A DNA stretch of 34,568 nucleotides from a bacterium (lineage in GTDB: Bacteria > JAHJDO01), in NCBI GenBank assembly GCA_043824255.1, contig JBDRTG010000004.1:1-34568 (forward strand). The letters run 5' to 3'. Shown here piece after piece: positions 23,742-34,568 of the stretch. Both the position numbers and the translations under genes were made by a program. The notes under the pieces are model-generated. The model did not search any database. It was not told the origin of the DNA and saw only the letters and a program-made list of their open reading frames with translations. Within the stretch, counting starts at the first letter, position 1; each line of letters starts with the position of its first letter.

Positions 23742-24905
23742 ATGGTAACAAAGAAAAACAACAGATATTTATTTACATCAGAGTCTGTAACTGAAGGACA
23801 TCCTGATAAAATGGCAGACCAAATATCCGACAGTATTTTAGATGTCATTATGGAGAGTGACCCAAATGGAAGAGTTGCATGCGAGACACTTGTTACAACA
23901 GGCATCGTATATATTGCAGGAGAGATTACAACTTCGTGCTATGTAGATATTCCTACGATTGCACGAAAGACTATCAGAGAGATTGGCTATACTAATGCTT
24001 CTTATGGATTTGATTACGAAACATGCGGTGTTCTTACTGCTATACAATCTCAGTCTCCGGACATTGCTCTTGGTGTTGATCCAGGCGGTGCGGGGGACCA
24101 GGGTATGATGTTTGGTTATGCGACTGAGGAGACAAAGGAACTTATGCCACTGCCAATCATGCTTGCTCATAAACTTTGCAGAAGACTGGCTAAGATAAGA
24201 AAAGAAAAAGTATTAAATTACTTAAGACCTGACGGAAAGTCGCAGATAACAGCCGAATATGTAGATGGAAAACCATGCCGCATAGAAGCAATAGTAGTAT
24301 CAGCACAACATGACGGCGATATTGATATGAACATCTTAAAGGATGATATAAAAGAACATGTGATAAGACCTGTCATTCCTTCTAATCTGATGGATAGCAA
24401 AACCAAGATTTTCATAAATCCAACAGGTCGCTTTGAGATAGGTGGACCGCATGGAGATACTGGTCTTACAGGAAGGAAGATCATAGTTGATACCTACGGC
24501 GGTGTAGGCAGTCACGGCGGAGGCTGCTTTTCTGGTAAGGATTGCACCAAAGTTGATAGGTCTGCATCTTATTTTGCCCGCTATCTTGCAAAGAATATAG
24601 TAGCAGCTGGTTTAACATCTGAATGTGAGATTCAGCTGGCATACGCAATTGGAGTCCCTGAACCAGTTTCAGTTATGGTAAATACATTCAATAAAGGCAA
24701 GATAGCCAAAGATAAAATTAAAAAGCTTCTTATTGATAATTTTGATATGAGCCCGAAAGGAATAATTAATCATCTAAAACTTCGCAGGCCAATCTATAGA
24801 AAAACTGCCTGCTATGGTCATTTTGGTAGAGAAGAAAATACCTTTACATGGGAAAAGACAGATAAAGCAGATTTTCTTAGGAAAAAAGCTGGACTGTACT
24901 CGTAA
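23742..24905 (+). CDS. metK: S-adenosylmethionine synthetase
   Basis: [49 protein letters not shown]. Confidence 0.98.
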   Translation: MVTKKNNRYLFTSESVTEGHPDKMADQISDSILDVIMESDPNGRVACETLVTTGIVYIAGEITTSCYVDIPTIARKTIREIGYTNASYGFDYETCGVLTAIQSQSPDIALGVDPGGAGDQGMMFGYATEETKELMPLPIMLAHKLCRRLAKIRKEKVLNYLRPDGKSQITAEYVDGKPCRIEAIVVSAQHDGDIDMNILKDDIKEHVIRPVIPSNLMDSKTKIFINPTGRFEIGGPHGDTGLTGRKIIVDTYGGVGSHGGGCFSGKDCTKVDRSASYFARYLAKNIVAAGLTSECEIQLAYAIGVPEPVSVMVNTFNKGKIAKDKIKKLLIDNFDMSPKGIINHLKLRRPIYRKTACYGHFGREENTFTWEKTDKADFLRKKAGLYS

Positions 24906-24916
24906 TTAATATATAG

Positions 24917-26185
<1,269 letters not shown>

Positions 26186-26223
26186 CTTCAAAGAACTACT
26201 AGAGTTACTCGAAAAACATCAAA

Positions 26224-27057
26224 ATGATACAAAAAGGAGAACAAGTGAAAAATCCAGATTATATCATTGATGTGCATCAGCATCTTTGGGGACAGCAAAA
26301 AGAGGATTACAGTGAAAATACGCTGGAGTTGTTGTTGGAAACAAATGGAAAGGATAACATCAAAGAAAGTTGGCTGAGTTGTGTCGAGCTTGATGGCCGA
26401 CCGTGGGACGGCACTGGCGATGATTTTATTGAAGACGCTTTTCAACGTTATCCCGATAAGATTAGAGGAATGGGCTTTATTCTTCTCGGCCGTGACGGAG
26501 CTGATAAAGTACGTGAATTCAAAGATCGTGGATTTTTTGGCTTGAAGATAATTTTCCCGCTAAGTTCGTATGATGATCCGGCTTTCAATGAAGTATGGGA
26601 AGAAGCGATAAAACAAAAAATGCCGGTAACCTTCCATACAGGCGAAAGTGTGGGTGGTTTTCCTCCAAATCATTCGTTTCATCCGTTGGACATGGCGCCA
26701 GATAGGCTATTTCGGGTAAAAGGATATTTCCCTAAACTGATAATGTTGATCGCCCATATGGGTAATACACGATTTCAGGACGCTTGTGCTTTGGCAATGG
26801 GAAAAAACATTTATCTTGATTGCTCTGGAGGAGGTAACCTAAAAGCAATGCCGAAATCATATTTTGACAATACGGTTTACTGGAAAGAGGTGCAGCATAA
26901 AATTGCGTTCGGCGTAGACCAGCTTTTTTCAGGAATTCCCAATATGATCCAAAACAGTGCAAGATTTGCGGAAACAGTTGAGTTGTCCGAAGAGAATCAG
27001 CAACTGATGTGGCATGGTAATGCGGAAAGAATAATTGCGCAGACGAAAGCGAAATAA
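26224..27057 (+). CDS. Amidohydrolase_2-family TIM-barrel metallohydrolase
   Basis: IDVHQH, GLK, PVTFHTG, IAHMG, NIYLDCS, FGVD. Confidence 0.85.
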   Translation: MIQKGEQVKNPDYIIDVHQHLWGQQKEDYSENTLELLLETNGKDNIKESWLSCVELDGRPWDGTGDDFIEDAFQRYPDKIRGMGFILLGRDGADKVREFKDRGFFGLKIIFPLSSYDDPAFNEVWEEAIKQKMPVTFHTGESVGGFPPNHSFHPLDMAPDRLFRVKGYFPKLIMLIAHMGNTRFQDACALAMGKNIYLDCSGGGNLKAMPKSYFDNTVYWKEVQHKIAFGVDQLFSGIPNMIQNSARFAETVELSEENQQLMWHGNAERIIAQTKAK

Positions 27058-27089
27058 TTAAGGATGAATAAAAGCTGGAGAAAAAAACA

Positions 27090-28106
27090 ATGCTTATCAA
27101 AGAAGTAAGGGAAACATTAAAAACAGGAGGAATTTTAACTGTAAAAGTATTAGAATCTCCTTTGGAAGAATATGTAGAGAAGTTAGAAGATTACACGAAA
27201 TCAAAAATGCCGTATGCACCGGATAACGAAAAAAGATTCAGAGGAAGATTAACTAAAGAATGCAAGGATATGTTTTTTATTGGCGAGATAAATAACGAAA
27301 TTGTTTCTTTAATGTGGTATACAATAAGCGAAGATGTAGGCACTTATGGGATGGTATCTACAAAAGAAGAATATAGAAGAAAAGGAATTAGTAATTGTCT
27401 GATGAAACATTGTTTAAAATTTATGGATAAAGAAAGAAATCTTTTAGCAATGTATTTGGGTGTAACCAATCCTATTGCCAAGAAGATCTATGAGAAATAC
27501 GGCTGGGTTTCTTATAATGATTGTCCTAATACCTGCATTATGAGAAGATTGAAAAAGAATATCAATCAGGAAAATTTTGATAAAGAATATTATAGAATTG
27601 ATAGAAAAATCAGGATAAGAGGAGTTAAACGAGGTGATTTGCCCAAAATTGAAGCGCTATATAATTGGACAGGGAATAAACAGTTAATTAAAAATTATCT
27701 ATCTCATATTTTCAATAATACTGCGGTAGAAGGCCAAATTATTTCTTTGAATAATAAAGTAGAAAATAATGAAGGGAAATTTTTATGTATTGAAAACAGT
27801 TTAAATCATATTGTAGGCATAGCAACACTTTTTGATTCTAATTTAAATTATCAAACTCATTTGAAGGTACTGGATTTTCTTGTTCATCCAAACTATTGGG
27901 ATTACACTATGAAATTGCTGGATTCTATTATTGTTGAAGATGAGAAGCGGACAAAAAAGGAAATAATTTCTTATTTAGCCTCTTGCGATAAGGAAAAGAT
28001 AAATTGGTTAAAAGAATTAGGGTTTAAAGAAAGAGGGATTATCCGCGATTATTTCAGAAGAGAAGAAGAAAAAGTTAATCTTCTAATTTTCTCAAAGGAG
28101 GTCTAA
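27090..28106 (+). CDS. Tandem GNAT-family N-acetyltransferase
   Basis: VSTKEEYRRKGIS acetyl-CoA motif, NPIAKKIYEKYGW; second GNAT-like half with FLVHPNYW and LKELGFKERG. Confidence 0.82.
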   Translation: MLIKEVRETLKTGGILTVKVLESPLEEYVEKLEDYTKSKMPYAPDNEKRFRGRLTKECKDMFFIGEINNEIVSLMWYTISEDVGTYGMVSTKEEYRRKGISNCLMKHCLKFMDKERNLLAMYLGVTNPIAKKIYEKYGWVSYNDCPNTCIMRRLKKNINQENFDKEYYRIDRKIRIRGVKRGDLPKIEALYNWTGNKQLIKNYLSHIFNNTAVEGQIISLNNKVENNEGKFLCIENSLNHIVGIATLFDSNLNYQTHLKVLDFLVHPNYWDYTMKLLDSIIVEDEKRTKKEIISYLASCDKEKINWLKELGFKERGIIRDYFRREEEKVNLLIFSKEV

Positions 28107-28162
28107 AAATGGCAGAGGAAAGAAGTGTATGCCTTTGAAGCCTCGTTATATCAAGCTTCCAA

Positions 28163-31100
28163 TTACCACTCCCAGCACACACCCCTAAAATTGCAAATAT
28201 CGCATTTTGTTTTATCGTATTCTGAAAGCTTTTCAAATTCAAGATTGTGAATCCTCTTCCACACATCAACAATGAGCTTCTTCATGTCTTCTGCCATGTT
28301 ATCGGTTATTGTAAGCTCAAGTGTTTTATATTCTCCTTCTTCTATATTGTATTTTTTAACTGTAGTTTTTGAGGGCTCTAAAAACTCAAGTTTGCATGAT
28401 GCGACTTTATAAGGATTAGGCTGATTTTCGAGTATTAGCTTATATGCTATTAGCTGGTGAAGGTATGGATCGCAGTCTTTATTGGTAGGATCATTGTTGT
28501 CTGTAATGCTTTTTATATGTGTGTACGCATCTCCGGTTTTGTAATCAATAACACAAACGTTTCTATTGCTTCCAACAGTATCTATTCTGTCAAACCTCCC
28601 TGAAAAAGGGATATTCTCATTTATAAATATTTCAAGTCTTTTCTCTATGAATAAAACGCATGCAGGGCTTTCAGCCTTCTTCTGATACCAGTTTCTGAGC
28701 TCGTCGATTTTCCCAAGGCAGCCTTGTTCTATTCTTTGTCCCGGGGACATATTTTTCAGACAGGTCTTAAAAACATTCTCAAAAAAACTAAATCCGGGGA
28801 GACTTCGTCTCTTTTTATATATTTCATAGGTTTTGCTCAATGCTTTGTGTACACATGTTCCAAATAGCAGGCTTTCAGTTAATTCGCTAGGAATCATTAA
28901 CAGGTTATTGTAGAGAAAATATCTCTTGCATTTTACATAGTTATTTACATTTGTTGGATTTAGGGTTATGGATTTTACGTAGTCTTTGAGAATTTCCTCT
29001 GTTTGCAAAAAGGGCGGACGTTCTTTAACCGTATCTATGGAAAATCTAAGAACATGTTCTTCAGGTATGAGGCATGGTTGAGGCTCAATATCCATGTTCT
29101 TAAGAAACATGCTGGTAATGTCTTTTTCCAGAGGAGCAGCAGTAAAAAATAGATTCGCTTTAGCTCTTGTACACGCTACATAGAATAGTCTTATTTCATC
29201 GTATATATGGAGTTTTTTCATCGCTTCCAAGGAACATACACTTTCAGGTATTTGAAGAATAGTTTGTGGGATAGGTATTAGGTCTGTAATTAGTTTTTTA
29301 GGCCATTTTTTATCATGAATACAAAAAGGAATAAAGACAGTATGAAATTCTGTTCCCTTTGCCTTGTGAGTTGTTAATACCCTGACCCCTTTTTGATGAG
29401 AACTTGCAAGTATACCTTGAATTCCTATGCCGTAAGATTGCTGTAAATTGATATTTTCCACTAAATCAGTAATCGTCATTATAGGATTGGCCGCCGCCTG
29501 TTCCTTTACATACTCAATAAAAGAAGAGATTGCTCTTAAATCTCTTACTTTTAATATCTGGTCTGTTTCATATTGCGCCAATATAAACTCTAGCATTCCG
29601 GAATCCTTTATATACTGAAGTATTAACTGATGAACCGGACGCGTGCTGGAATCCTTAATAAGTCTTTGAATCGCCCATGAGAATTTATGTAACTTTAGAG
29701 GGTCTTTAAGAGCAAGCCGTTTTGCCATTTCAAGCTGATGCGCTTCGTGCTCCGTTGGCAGAGTGTTTCCTGAAAATCCTGATGTTATTTCTTCGAAGAG
29801 AGTAATTGATTTATTCCCATTAATATTTTTCCTCTTTTTTAAGCTTACATAACTCAGCAACGCAGTCATATCACTTATGTCTATTTCAAAATAATCTGAA
29901 GCAAGCAGCTCAAATATATACCTATCTGCATGCTCAGGATTATGTGAATTTACTGCAAGGTTTAGAGCTGAAAGCAGCTGCCTGACACGCAGATGGGAGC
30001 TTATATCCTCTTTACCATCTGTTACATATGGAATTCCTGTTTGCAGGAATGCATCAATAATAGGCAATATGTCTTTTCTTGTTCTAAGGAGTATAGCTAT
30101 ATCGCTGTATGGAACGTCGCTTTTTTTAATTTCCTCTACAATAAATGATATCTCTTCTCTGAGGGAACCGAATTTTAATGATTTTACCACATTAGAGAAA
30201 ACCACTGACTTCAGTCGGTGGTGCGGGACTAAAAATTTCTGTGATATTCTATTATGCGAAGGGATTTCTTCTATGAGTTTTCTTGATATATTGAGTATTT
30301 CCAGAGTTGAACGATAGTTTTCTGTAAGCGTCATTTGCGTTATATTCTTAAATTTGTCCTTTACTGTCTTAAAGTTTGCAATAGATGCACCTTGAAATCT
30401 GTATATTGACTGGTCATCATCTCCAACTACACATAGATTAGTTTTCTTAGGATTAATAAGACTCAGAAGTAGCTTGAGTTGAGCTTTGTTTGTATCCTGA
30501 AACTCATCCACCATAATATAGTTGAATTTTTCCCTGTACTTTTTACCTAGATTCTTGTCGTGACTTAGAATATGAGTTGCCATAATTATCATATCATCAA
30601 AATCATATCTTCCCCTCTCATCAAGAACATGTTTTTCTCCTGAATCCTTGAGCTCTTCATACATTCTGTAAACCTTTCCAAACTGGTTAAGTTTTGGGAT
30701 ATGTTTTTCCTGAATAATCTCTCCGTCAGTAGAGATATTACTCAGACATTGGGAAAAATCGTCGGGGGTGATACCTTCCCTTTTTAGAATATTTATGTTT
30801 CTGACAATCTCCTTTTCGTAATGATAAGGCGCTCTAAAGGGTCTGATTTGTGAGATATTATCTAAATTGTCCAGAATGTATCTTATAAGTTTGATTCTCT
30901 CTGTGTCATGCAGTTCTATTTTTTCTCCAAAGGCCTCAGATACTTCCTCTGATTCAGTAATGATGGAATTTGCAAGACTGTGATATGTCCCAACTTCTAC
31001 AAAGTAACCATCCATACCAATGATTTCAACAATCCTTTCTCTGATAGTTCCGGCGGCAGCATTGGTAAAACTCAGGATAAGGATATTTGACGGAGAAACA

Positions 31101-31249
31101 TTGGGATTTTTTAGTATATTTGCTGTTCTTACAGAAAGCACCTGGGTTTTTCCAGTGCCTGGTCCAGCCAGTGTAACAACATGGTCTTTAATATTATCAA
31201 CAACTGCTTTTTGTTTATCATTTAATTGATTATAATAATTGCTGTACAT
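28163..31249 (-). CDS. UvrD/Rep SF1A helicase fused to a PD-(D/E)XK nuclease with a probable 4Fe-4S cluster (AdnB/AddA-like)
   Basis: AGPGTGKT, VDEFQD, VGDDDQSIYRFQGA, ENYRS, TTHKAKGTEF, RLFYVACTRAK; nuclease GRFDRID, IDYKTG, QLIAY; Cys in YVKCKR plus terminal CDICNFRGVC. Confidence 0.93.
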   Translation of the reverse strand: MYSNYYNQLNDKQKAVVDNIKDHVVTLAGPGTGKTQVLSVRTANILKNPNVSPSNILILSFTNAAAGTIRERIVEIIGMDGYFVEVGTYHSLANSIITESEEVSEAFGEKIELHDTERIKLIRYILDNLDNISQIRPFRAPYHYEKEIVRNINILKREGITPDDFSQCLSNISTDGEIIQEKHIPKLNQFGKVYRMYEELKDSGEKHVLDERGRYDFDDMIIMATHILSHDKNLGKKYREKFNYIMVDEFQDTNKAQLKLLLSLINPKKTNLCVVGDDDQSIYRFQGASIANFKTVKDKFKNITQMTLTENYRSTLEILNISRKLIEEIPSHNRISQKFLVPHHRLKSVVFSNVVKSLKFGSLREEISFIVEEIKKSDVPYSDIAILLRTRKDILPIIDAFLQTGIPYVTDGKEDISSHLRVRQLLSALNLAVNSHNPEHADRYIFELLASDYFEIDISDMTALLSYVSLKKRKNINGNKSITLFEEITSGFSGNTLPTEHEAHQLEMAKRLALKDPLKLHKFSWAIQRLIKDSSTRPVHQLILQYIKDSGMLEFILAQYETDQILKVRDLRAISSFIEYVKEQAAANPIMTITDLVENINLQQSYGIGIQGILASSHQKGVRVLTTHKAKGTEFHTVFIPFCIHDKKWPKKLITDLIPIPQTILQIPESVCSLEAMKKLHIYDEIRLFYVACTRAKANLFFTAAPLEKDITSMFLKNMDIEPQPCLIPEEHVLRFSIDTVKERPPFLQTEEILKDYVKSITLNPTNVNNYVKCKRYFLYNNLLMIPSELTESLLFGTCVHKALSKTYEIYKKRRSLPGFSFFENVFKTCLKNMSPGQRIEQGCLGKIDELRNWYQKKAESPACVLFIEKRLEIFINENIPFSGRFDRIDTVGSNRNVCVIDYKTGDAYTHIKSITDNNDPTNKDCDPYLHQLIAYKLILENQPNPYKVASCKLEFLEPSKTTVKKYNIEEGEYKTLELTITDNMAEDMKKLIVDVWKRIHNLEFEKLSEYDKTKCDICNFRGVCWEW

Positions 31250-31273
31250 GATTTAACATATTAGCATAAAACT

Positions 31274-31302
31274 GAGACATGATAAAGAAAGCGTGCTATA
31301 AT
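31274..31302 (+). promoter_or_regulatory. sigma70-type promoter upstream of rodA
   Basis: GAGACA (31274-31279), 17 bp, TATAAT (31297-31302) with extended TG at 31294-31295. Confidence 0.6.
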
Positions 31303-31331
31303 AAACTCGAAAACGGATATTTGGATAGTAT

Positions 31332-32417
31332 ATGATTGATAGAAGATTGCTGGAAAATTTTGATTTCATTTTGTTTTTTACAACGATTATATTATGTCTG
31401 GTGGGCATAATATTTATCAAAAGCGCTACCAGTACACTGGAAATTGACTACGCAAAAAGGCAGCTTTTATACTTCTCTATTGGATTAGTCGTGCTGATAA
31501 TTGCAATAATGTTCAATTATTCTAAGATAGCTAAGCATACAATACCAGTTTATGCGTTATCTGTTTTGTTATTAATGATGGTTCTTCTTATAGGCGAAGG
31601 CGTAGGTGGGGCAAAAAGGTGGATCTCTCTTGGTATAGTAAGTTTTCAGCCGTCGGAATTATTTAAAATTACATCTATATTAATGATAGCGTATTATTTG
31701 GACAAGGTGGGTAAGGGAGTAAGTAGTTCTAAAATATTAAGTTACGTTTTTTTAATTGTGGTTTTACCAGTTTTACTTATTATTATTCAACCGGATCTTG
31801 GCACTGCTCTCTCTCTAATTTTTGTGATCTTTACTGTTGTATTTGTCTCAGAAGGAAGCATTCGGAATATGTTGATTGTAATTGGAATAAGTCTTGTTAG
31901 TTGTCCGTTTTTATGGAAAATTTTAAGAACGTATCAGAAGAAAAGACTGCTGGTTTTCATAAATCCAGATGTAGATCCTTTAGGTGCTGGTTATGCTATA
32001 ATTCAGTCAAAGATAGCTGTTGGAGCCGGTGGATTGTTTGGATATGGATGGAAAAGAGGTTATCAGACGCATCTTAACTTCATACCAGAACATCACACGG
32101 ATTTTATCTTCTCAACAGTAGCCGAGGAATGGGGTTTTATAGGAGCATGTGTATTGTTATTACTTTATGCTATTCTTTTCTGGCGTATGTTTAGTCTGGC
32201 AACCTTGGTAAGAGATAAATTAGGCTTACTTATAATTGTTGGGGTAATTTCTCTTTTTGGGGCACAGGTTTTTATTAACATAGGAATGGCAATAGGGATA
32301 ATGCCTATTACAGGGCTTACACTGCCGTTTTTGAGTTATGGAGGCTCATCCTTAATTGTAAATATGTGTTTAATAGGCTTAGTGCTTAATATAGGAATGA
32401 GGAGGTTTAGAATTTAA
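31332..32417 (+). CDS. rodA: Rod shape-determining SEDS glycosyltransferase RodA
   Basis: GAKRWI, FQPSE, QPDLGT, YQKKRL..F..P..DPLGAGY, IPEHHTDFIF, LPFLSYGGSS; multiple transmembrane segments. Confidence 0.93.
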   Translation: MIDRRLLENFDFILFFTTIILCLVGIIFIKSATSTLEIDYAKRQLLYFSIGLVVLIIAIMFNYSKIAKHTIPVYALSVLLLMMVLLIGEGVGGAKRWISLGIVSFQPSELFKITSILMIAYYLDKVGKGVSSSKILSYVFLIVVLPVLLIIIQPDLGTALSLIFVIFTVVFVSEGSIRNMLIVIGISLVSCPFLWKILRTYQKKRLLVFINPDVDPLGAGYAIIQSKIAVGAGGLFGYGWKRGYQTHLNFIPEHHTDFIFSTVAEEWGFIGACVLLLLYAILFWRMFSLATLVRDKLGLLIIVGVISLFGAQVFINIGMAIGIMPITGLTLPFLSYGGSSLIVNMCLIGLVLNIGMRRFRI

Positions 32418-32418
32418 T

Positions 32419-32796
32419 ATGAATGTTATAGGAATTGGTGTAGATATAGTTGAGGTGAATAGAATTGAAGCCGCTATTAGAAGATTTGGAGACAGATTCC
32501 TGAAGAAAATATACACAGACATAGAAATAAAATATTGTAATACCGGAAAAGTAGCTTGTCAGCATTTTGCGGGGAAGTTTGCAGCAAAAGAAGCAGTATA
32601 TAAAACATTAAATATTGATTGTGTTATAAAATGGACAGAGATAGAGATTAGAAATTCAGAGCAAGGTCAGCCGTATGTAGCTCTTCATGGTAAAGTAAAG
32701 AAAATTGCTAAAGAGAAGAACATTTTAAGCATTTTGGTAAGCATTTCTCATATAAAGACTCGCGCAGTAGCTTCTGCAGTGGCTCTGAGTGTTTAA
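32419..32796 (+). CDS. acpS: Holo-[acyl-carrier-protein] synthase
   Basis: GIGVDIVEV.RI, FAAKEAVYK, GQP, VSISH. Confidence 0.95.
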   Translation: MNVIGIGVDIVEVNRIEAAIRRFGDRFLKKIYTDIEIKYCNTGKVACQHFAGKFAAKEAVYKTLNIDCVIKWTEIEIRNSEQGQPYVALHGKVKKIAKEKNILSILVSISHIKTRAVASAVALSV

Positions 32797-34357
32797 AATA
32801 TCGGAATTTAAAAATCTCTCCCTGTCTTTTATCTCAGGAATACTGCTTGCAATTTCCTTCCCGAAGATTGATTTTGAATATGGTGTATGGATAGCTCTAG
32901 TTCCTTTATTCTTAATTTTAGTAAGTGTTGATTCAAAAAAAGCTTTTACTTTCTCCTATGTAACAGGGGTAGTTTTTTTTGCATCCACAATTTATTGGAT
33001 ATCCTTTGTCAGCACGTTAGGCACGGTGTTGCTTGTTCTATATCTTAGTCTTTACATAGCTGTATTTGGGGTTATTACAAACCGTCTTTTTAGGAGGCTC
33101 GAATTTCCGCTAGCGCTTATTGCTCCTCCTATCTGGGTATTGCTCGAATTTGCAAGAGCACATTTTCTTACTGGATTTCCATGGGCATTATTAGGATATT
33201 CTCAGTATAAACAGATTACACTTATTCAGAGTGCATCTTTTATTAGTGTTTATGGCATATCGTGTTTAATTGTTCTCATTAATGCATCAATTGCTGATGT
33301 ATGGTTATTTTTAAAGAATAGAAGGAGAGGCTGGAGGCTCTTAATAGGTCCAGTATTATCAGTTATTGCTGTTATTGTTTTTTTGATTTATGGCAATATC
33401 AGTGTAAGGACAGAAAAGAGAGGAGGCGTTAAAGAGGGCATTAAGGTTGGAATTGTTCAGCCAAACATAACGCATGAAGAAAAAGCAGAGGATAGTTATA
33501 GCTCAAGAGAGGGAGTTCTAAATGTTCATCTAAATCTGAGTGAGAAACTTCTAAAATTTAAACCTGATATTATTATTTGGCCTGAAACTGCGCTAACCTA
33601 TGTAGATAATTACGACGAGAAATTAATTGCTAAACTCAAAAATTTTGCAAAGCATAATAATTTACATCTTCTGACAGGTGTTTGTTACAGATCGCTCTCA
33701 ACAAGTAAATTTTATAATAGTGTGTTCCTTTTTGCTCCGAATGGCGCAATGAGACAACGCTATGATAAAATACATCTTGTGCCGTTTGGTGAATATATTC
33801 CTCTTAAGAACCTTTTCCCATTTTTGAGCAAAGCGGTTCCCATAGGGGATTTTGATCGTGGAAAAGAGTACACAGTGTTGAATTTTTACAGAAAAGGCAA
33901 ACTAGATTCAGATCGAAAAATTAAGTTTGCTTGTACAATCTGTTTTGAAAATATATTTTCAGGCTTTACTCGGCAATTTGTAAGAAGTGGTGCACAGTTT
34001 CTAGTTAATGTTACAAATGACAGCTGGTTTGGTATATCATCAGCTCCATATCAGCATATGTCAATGTCTGTATTTAGAGCTGTAGAAAATCGTATACCAG
34101 TGATTTTCAATGCAAATACAGGTGTTTCTTGCTTTATTGATAAATACGGGAGAATAAGCAATAGAGTAAACAAGGGCAATGATGATATCTTTATTGCAGG
34201 GACTGGTTTTGCTAATGTATCTTTTAATGATGAGAAAACTTTTTATACAAAGTATGGAAATCTGTTTGTAATATTTAATATAATTTGGCTGGTAATATTG
34301 ACAGGTATTTATATATTTGCTAGAATCGCTGCCTGTCCTAATATTTTGCCCACATAG
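32789..34357 (+). CDS. lnt: Apolipoprotein N-acyltransferase
   Basis: N-terminal transmembrane helices, GFPW, WPETA, YDKIHLVPFGEY, ICFE, NVTNDSWF, RAVEN, NTGVS. Confidence 0.95.
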   Translation: MFKISEFKNLSLSFISGILLAISFPKIDFEYGVWIALVPLFLILVSVDSKKAFTFSYVTGVVFFASTIYWISFVSTLGTVLLVLYLSLYIAVFGVITNRLFRRLEFPLALIAPPIWVLLEFARAHFLTGFPWALLGYSQYKQITLIQSASFISVYGISCLIVLINASIADVWLFLKNRRRGWRLLIGPVLSVIAVIVFLIYGNISVRTEKRGGVKEGIKVGIVQPNITHEEKAEDSYSSREGVLNVHLNLSEKLLKFKPDIIIWPETALTYVDNYDEKLIAKLKNFAKHNNLHLLTGVCYRSLSTSKFYNSVFLFAPNGAMRQRYDKIHLVPFGEYIPLKNLFPFLSKAVPIGDFDRGKEYTVLNFYRKGKLDSDRKIKFACTICFENIFSGFTRQFVRSGAQFLVNVTNDSWFGISSAPYQHMSMSVFRAVENRIPVIFNANTGVSCFIDKYGRISNRVNKGNDDIFIAGTGFANVSFNDEKTFYTKYGNLFVIFNIIWLVILTGIYIFARIAACPNILPT

Positions 34358-34420
34358 CTCAGTTGGCAGAGCACATGCATGGTAAGCATGAGGTCATCGG
34401 TTCAATTCCGATTGTGGGCT
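34348..34420 (+). tRNA. tRNA-Thr (anticodon GGT)
   Basis: Acceptor GCCCACA/TGTGGGC; D arm GCTC/GAGC; anticodon arm CATGC-ATGGTAA-GCATG; T arm ATCGG-TTCAATT-CCGAT; CCA not encoded. Confidence 0.96.
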
Positions 34421-34436
34421 CTGTCAAAAAAAGGAC

Positions 34437-34464
34437 TTGCAAGAGAAAAAGTATATGATATAAT
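34437..34464 (+). promoter_or_regulatory. Strong sigma70-type promoter for the next gene
   Basis: TTGCAA (34437-34442), 16 bp, TATAAT (34459-34464) with extended TG. Confidence 0.7.
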
Positions 34465-34560
34465 CCGTGAACTTATTTAAATGCCCATGGGCAGACGATG
34501 TATGCGTGATTTATAGACTGTGGTCCGTGGACTGATTTTAAAAGAAGGAGGGACAGGACG

Positions 34561-34568
34561 ATGGCAAA
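34561..34568 (+). CDS. Start of the next CDS (MA[K/N]..., truncated by the window edge; EF-Tu is plausible after tRNA-Thr(GGT) but cannot be shown)
   Basis: SD AGGAGG at 34546-34551 and ATGGCAAA at the window end. Confidence 0.4.

Noticed and set aside
28163..28950. Cas4 gene or CRISPR adaptation module
   Set aside because: The Cas4-like Fe-S nuclease is the C-terminal domain of a UvrD helicase; no cas1/cas2 or array is present

Overview
AT-rich bacterial window with two halves. Bases ~32-18019 hold a complete, plus-strand gas vesicle (gvp) locus. It opens with a regulatory block: a cytoplasmic PAS histidine kinase, a GYF_2-like/receiver protein and an NtrC-family sigma54 activator, interrupted by an inverted-repeat-flanked four-helix-bundle gene. 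A consensus sigma54 promoter with three phased TGTAGA-N6-TCTACA palindromes then drives gvpA, two GvpC-like helical proteins (one with 33/40/33-aa repeats plus a C-terminal winged HTH), gvpN, a gvpV-like gene, four GvpF/L paralogues, gvpG, gvpO, a GvpS/J-GvpK fusion and gvpJ. Embedded in the locus is what looks like a dedicated protein quality-control module: a stand-alone DnaJ-type zinc finger, two Hsp20 proteins, a GET3/ArsA ATPase, a Cdc48/p97 ATPase and a GvpF-J-domain fusion. The locus ends against a probable truncated IS end just upstream of tRNA-Ala(GGC). Bases ~18188-34568 are mostly housekeeping: hpf, ptsN, a short hprK, tpiA, ptsH, ptsI, bifunctional PGI/PMI, metK, ahcY, an amidohydrolase, a tandem GNAT, a minus-strand UvrD helicase-nuclease, rodA, acpS, lnt and tRNA-Thr(GGT). 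Several heptamer-periodic or palindromic micro-elements are scattered through the window, one of them nested in frame inside cdc48. All calls come from motif recognition by eye; no database searches were run.
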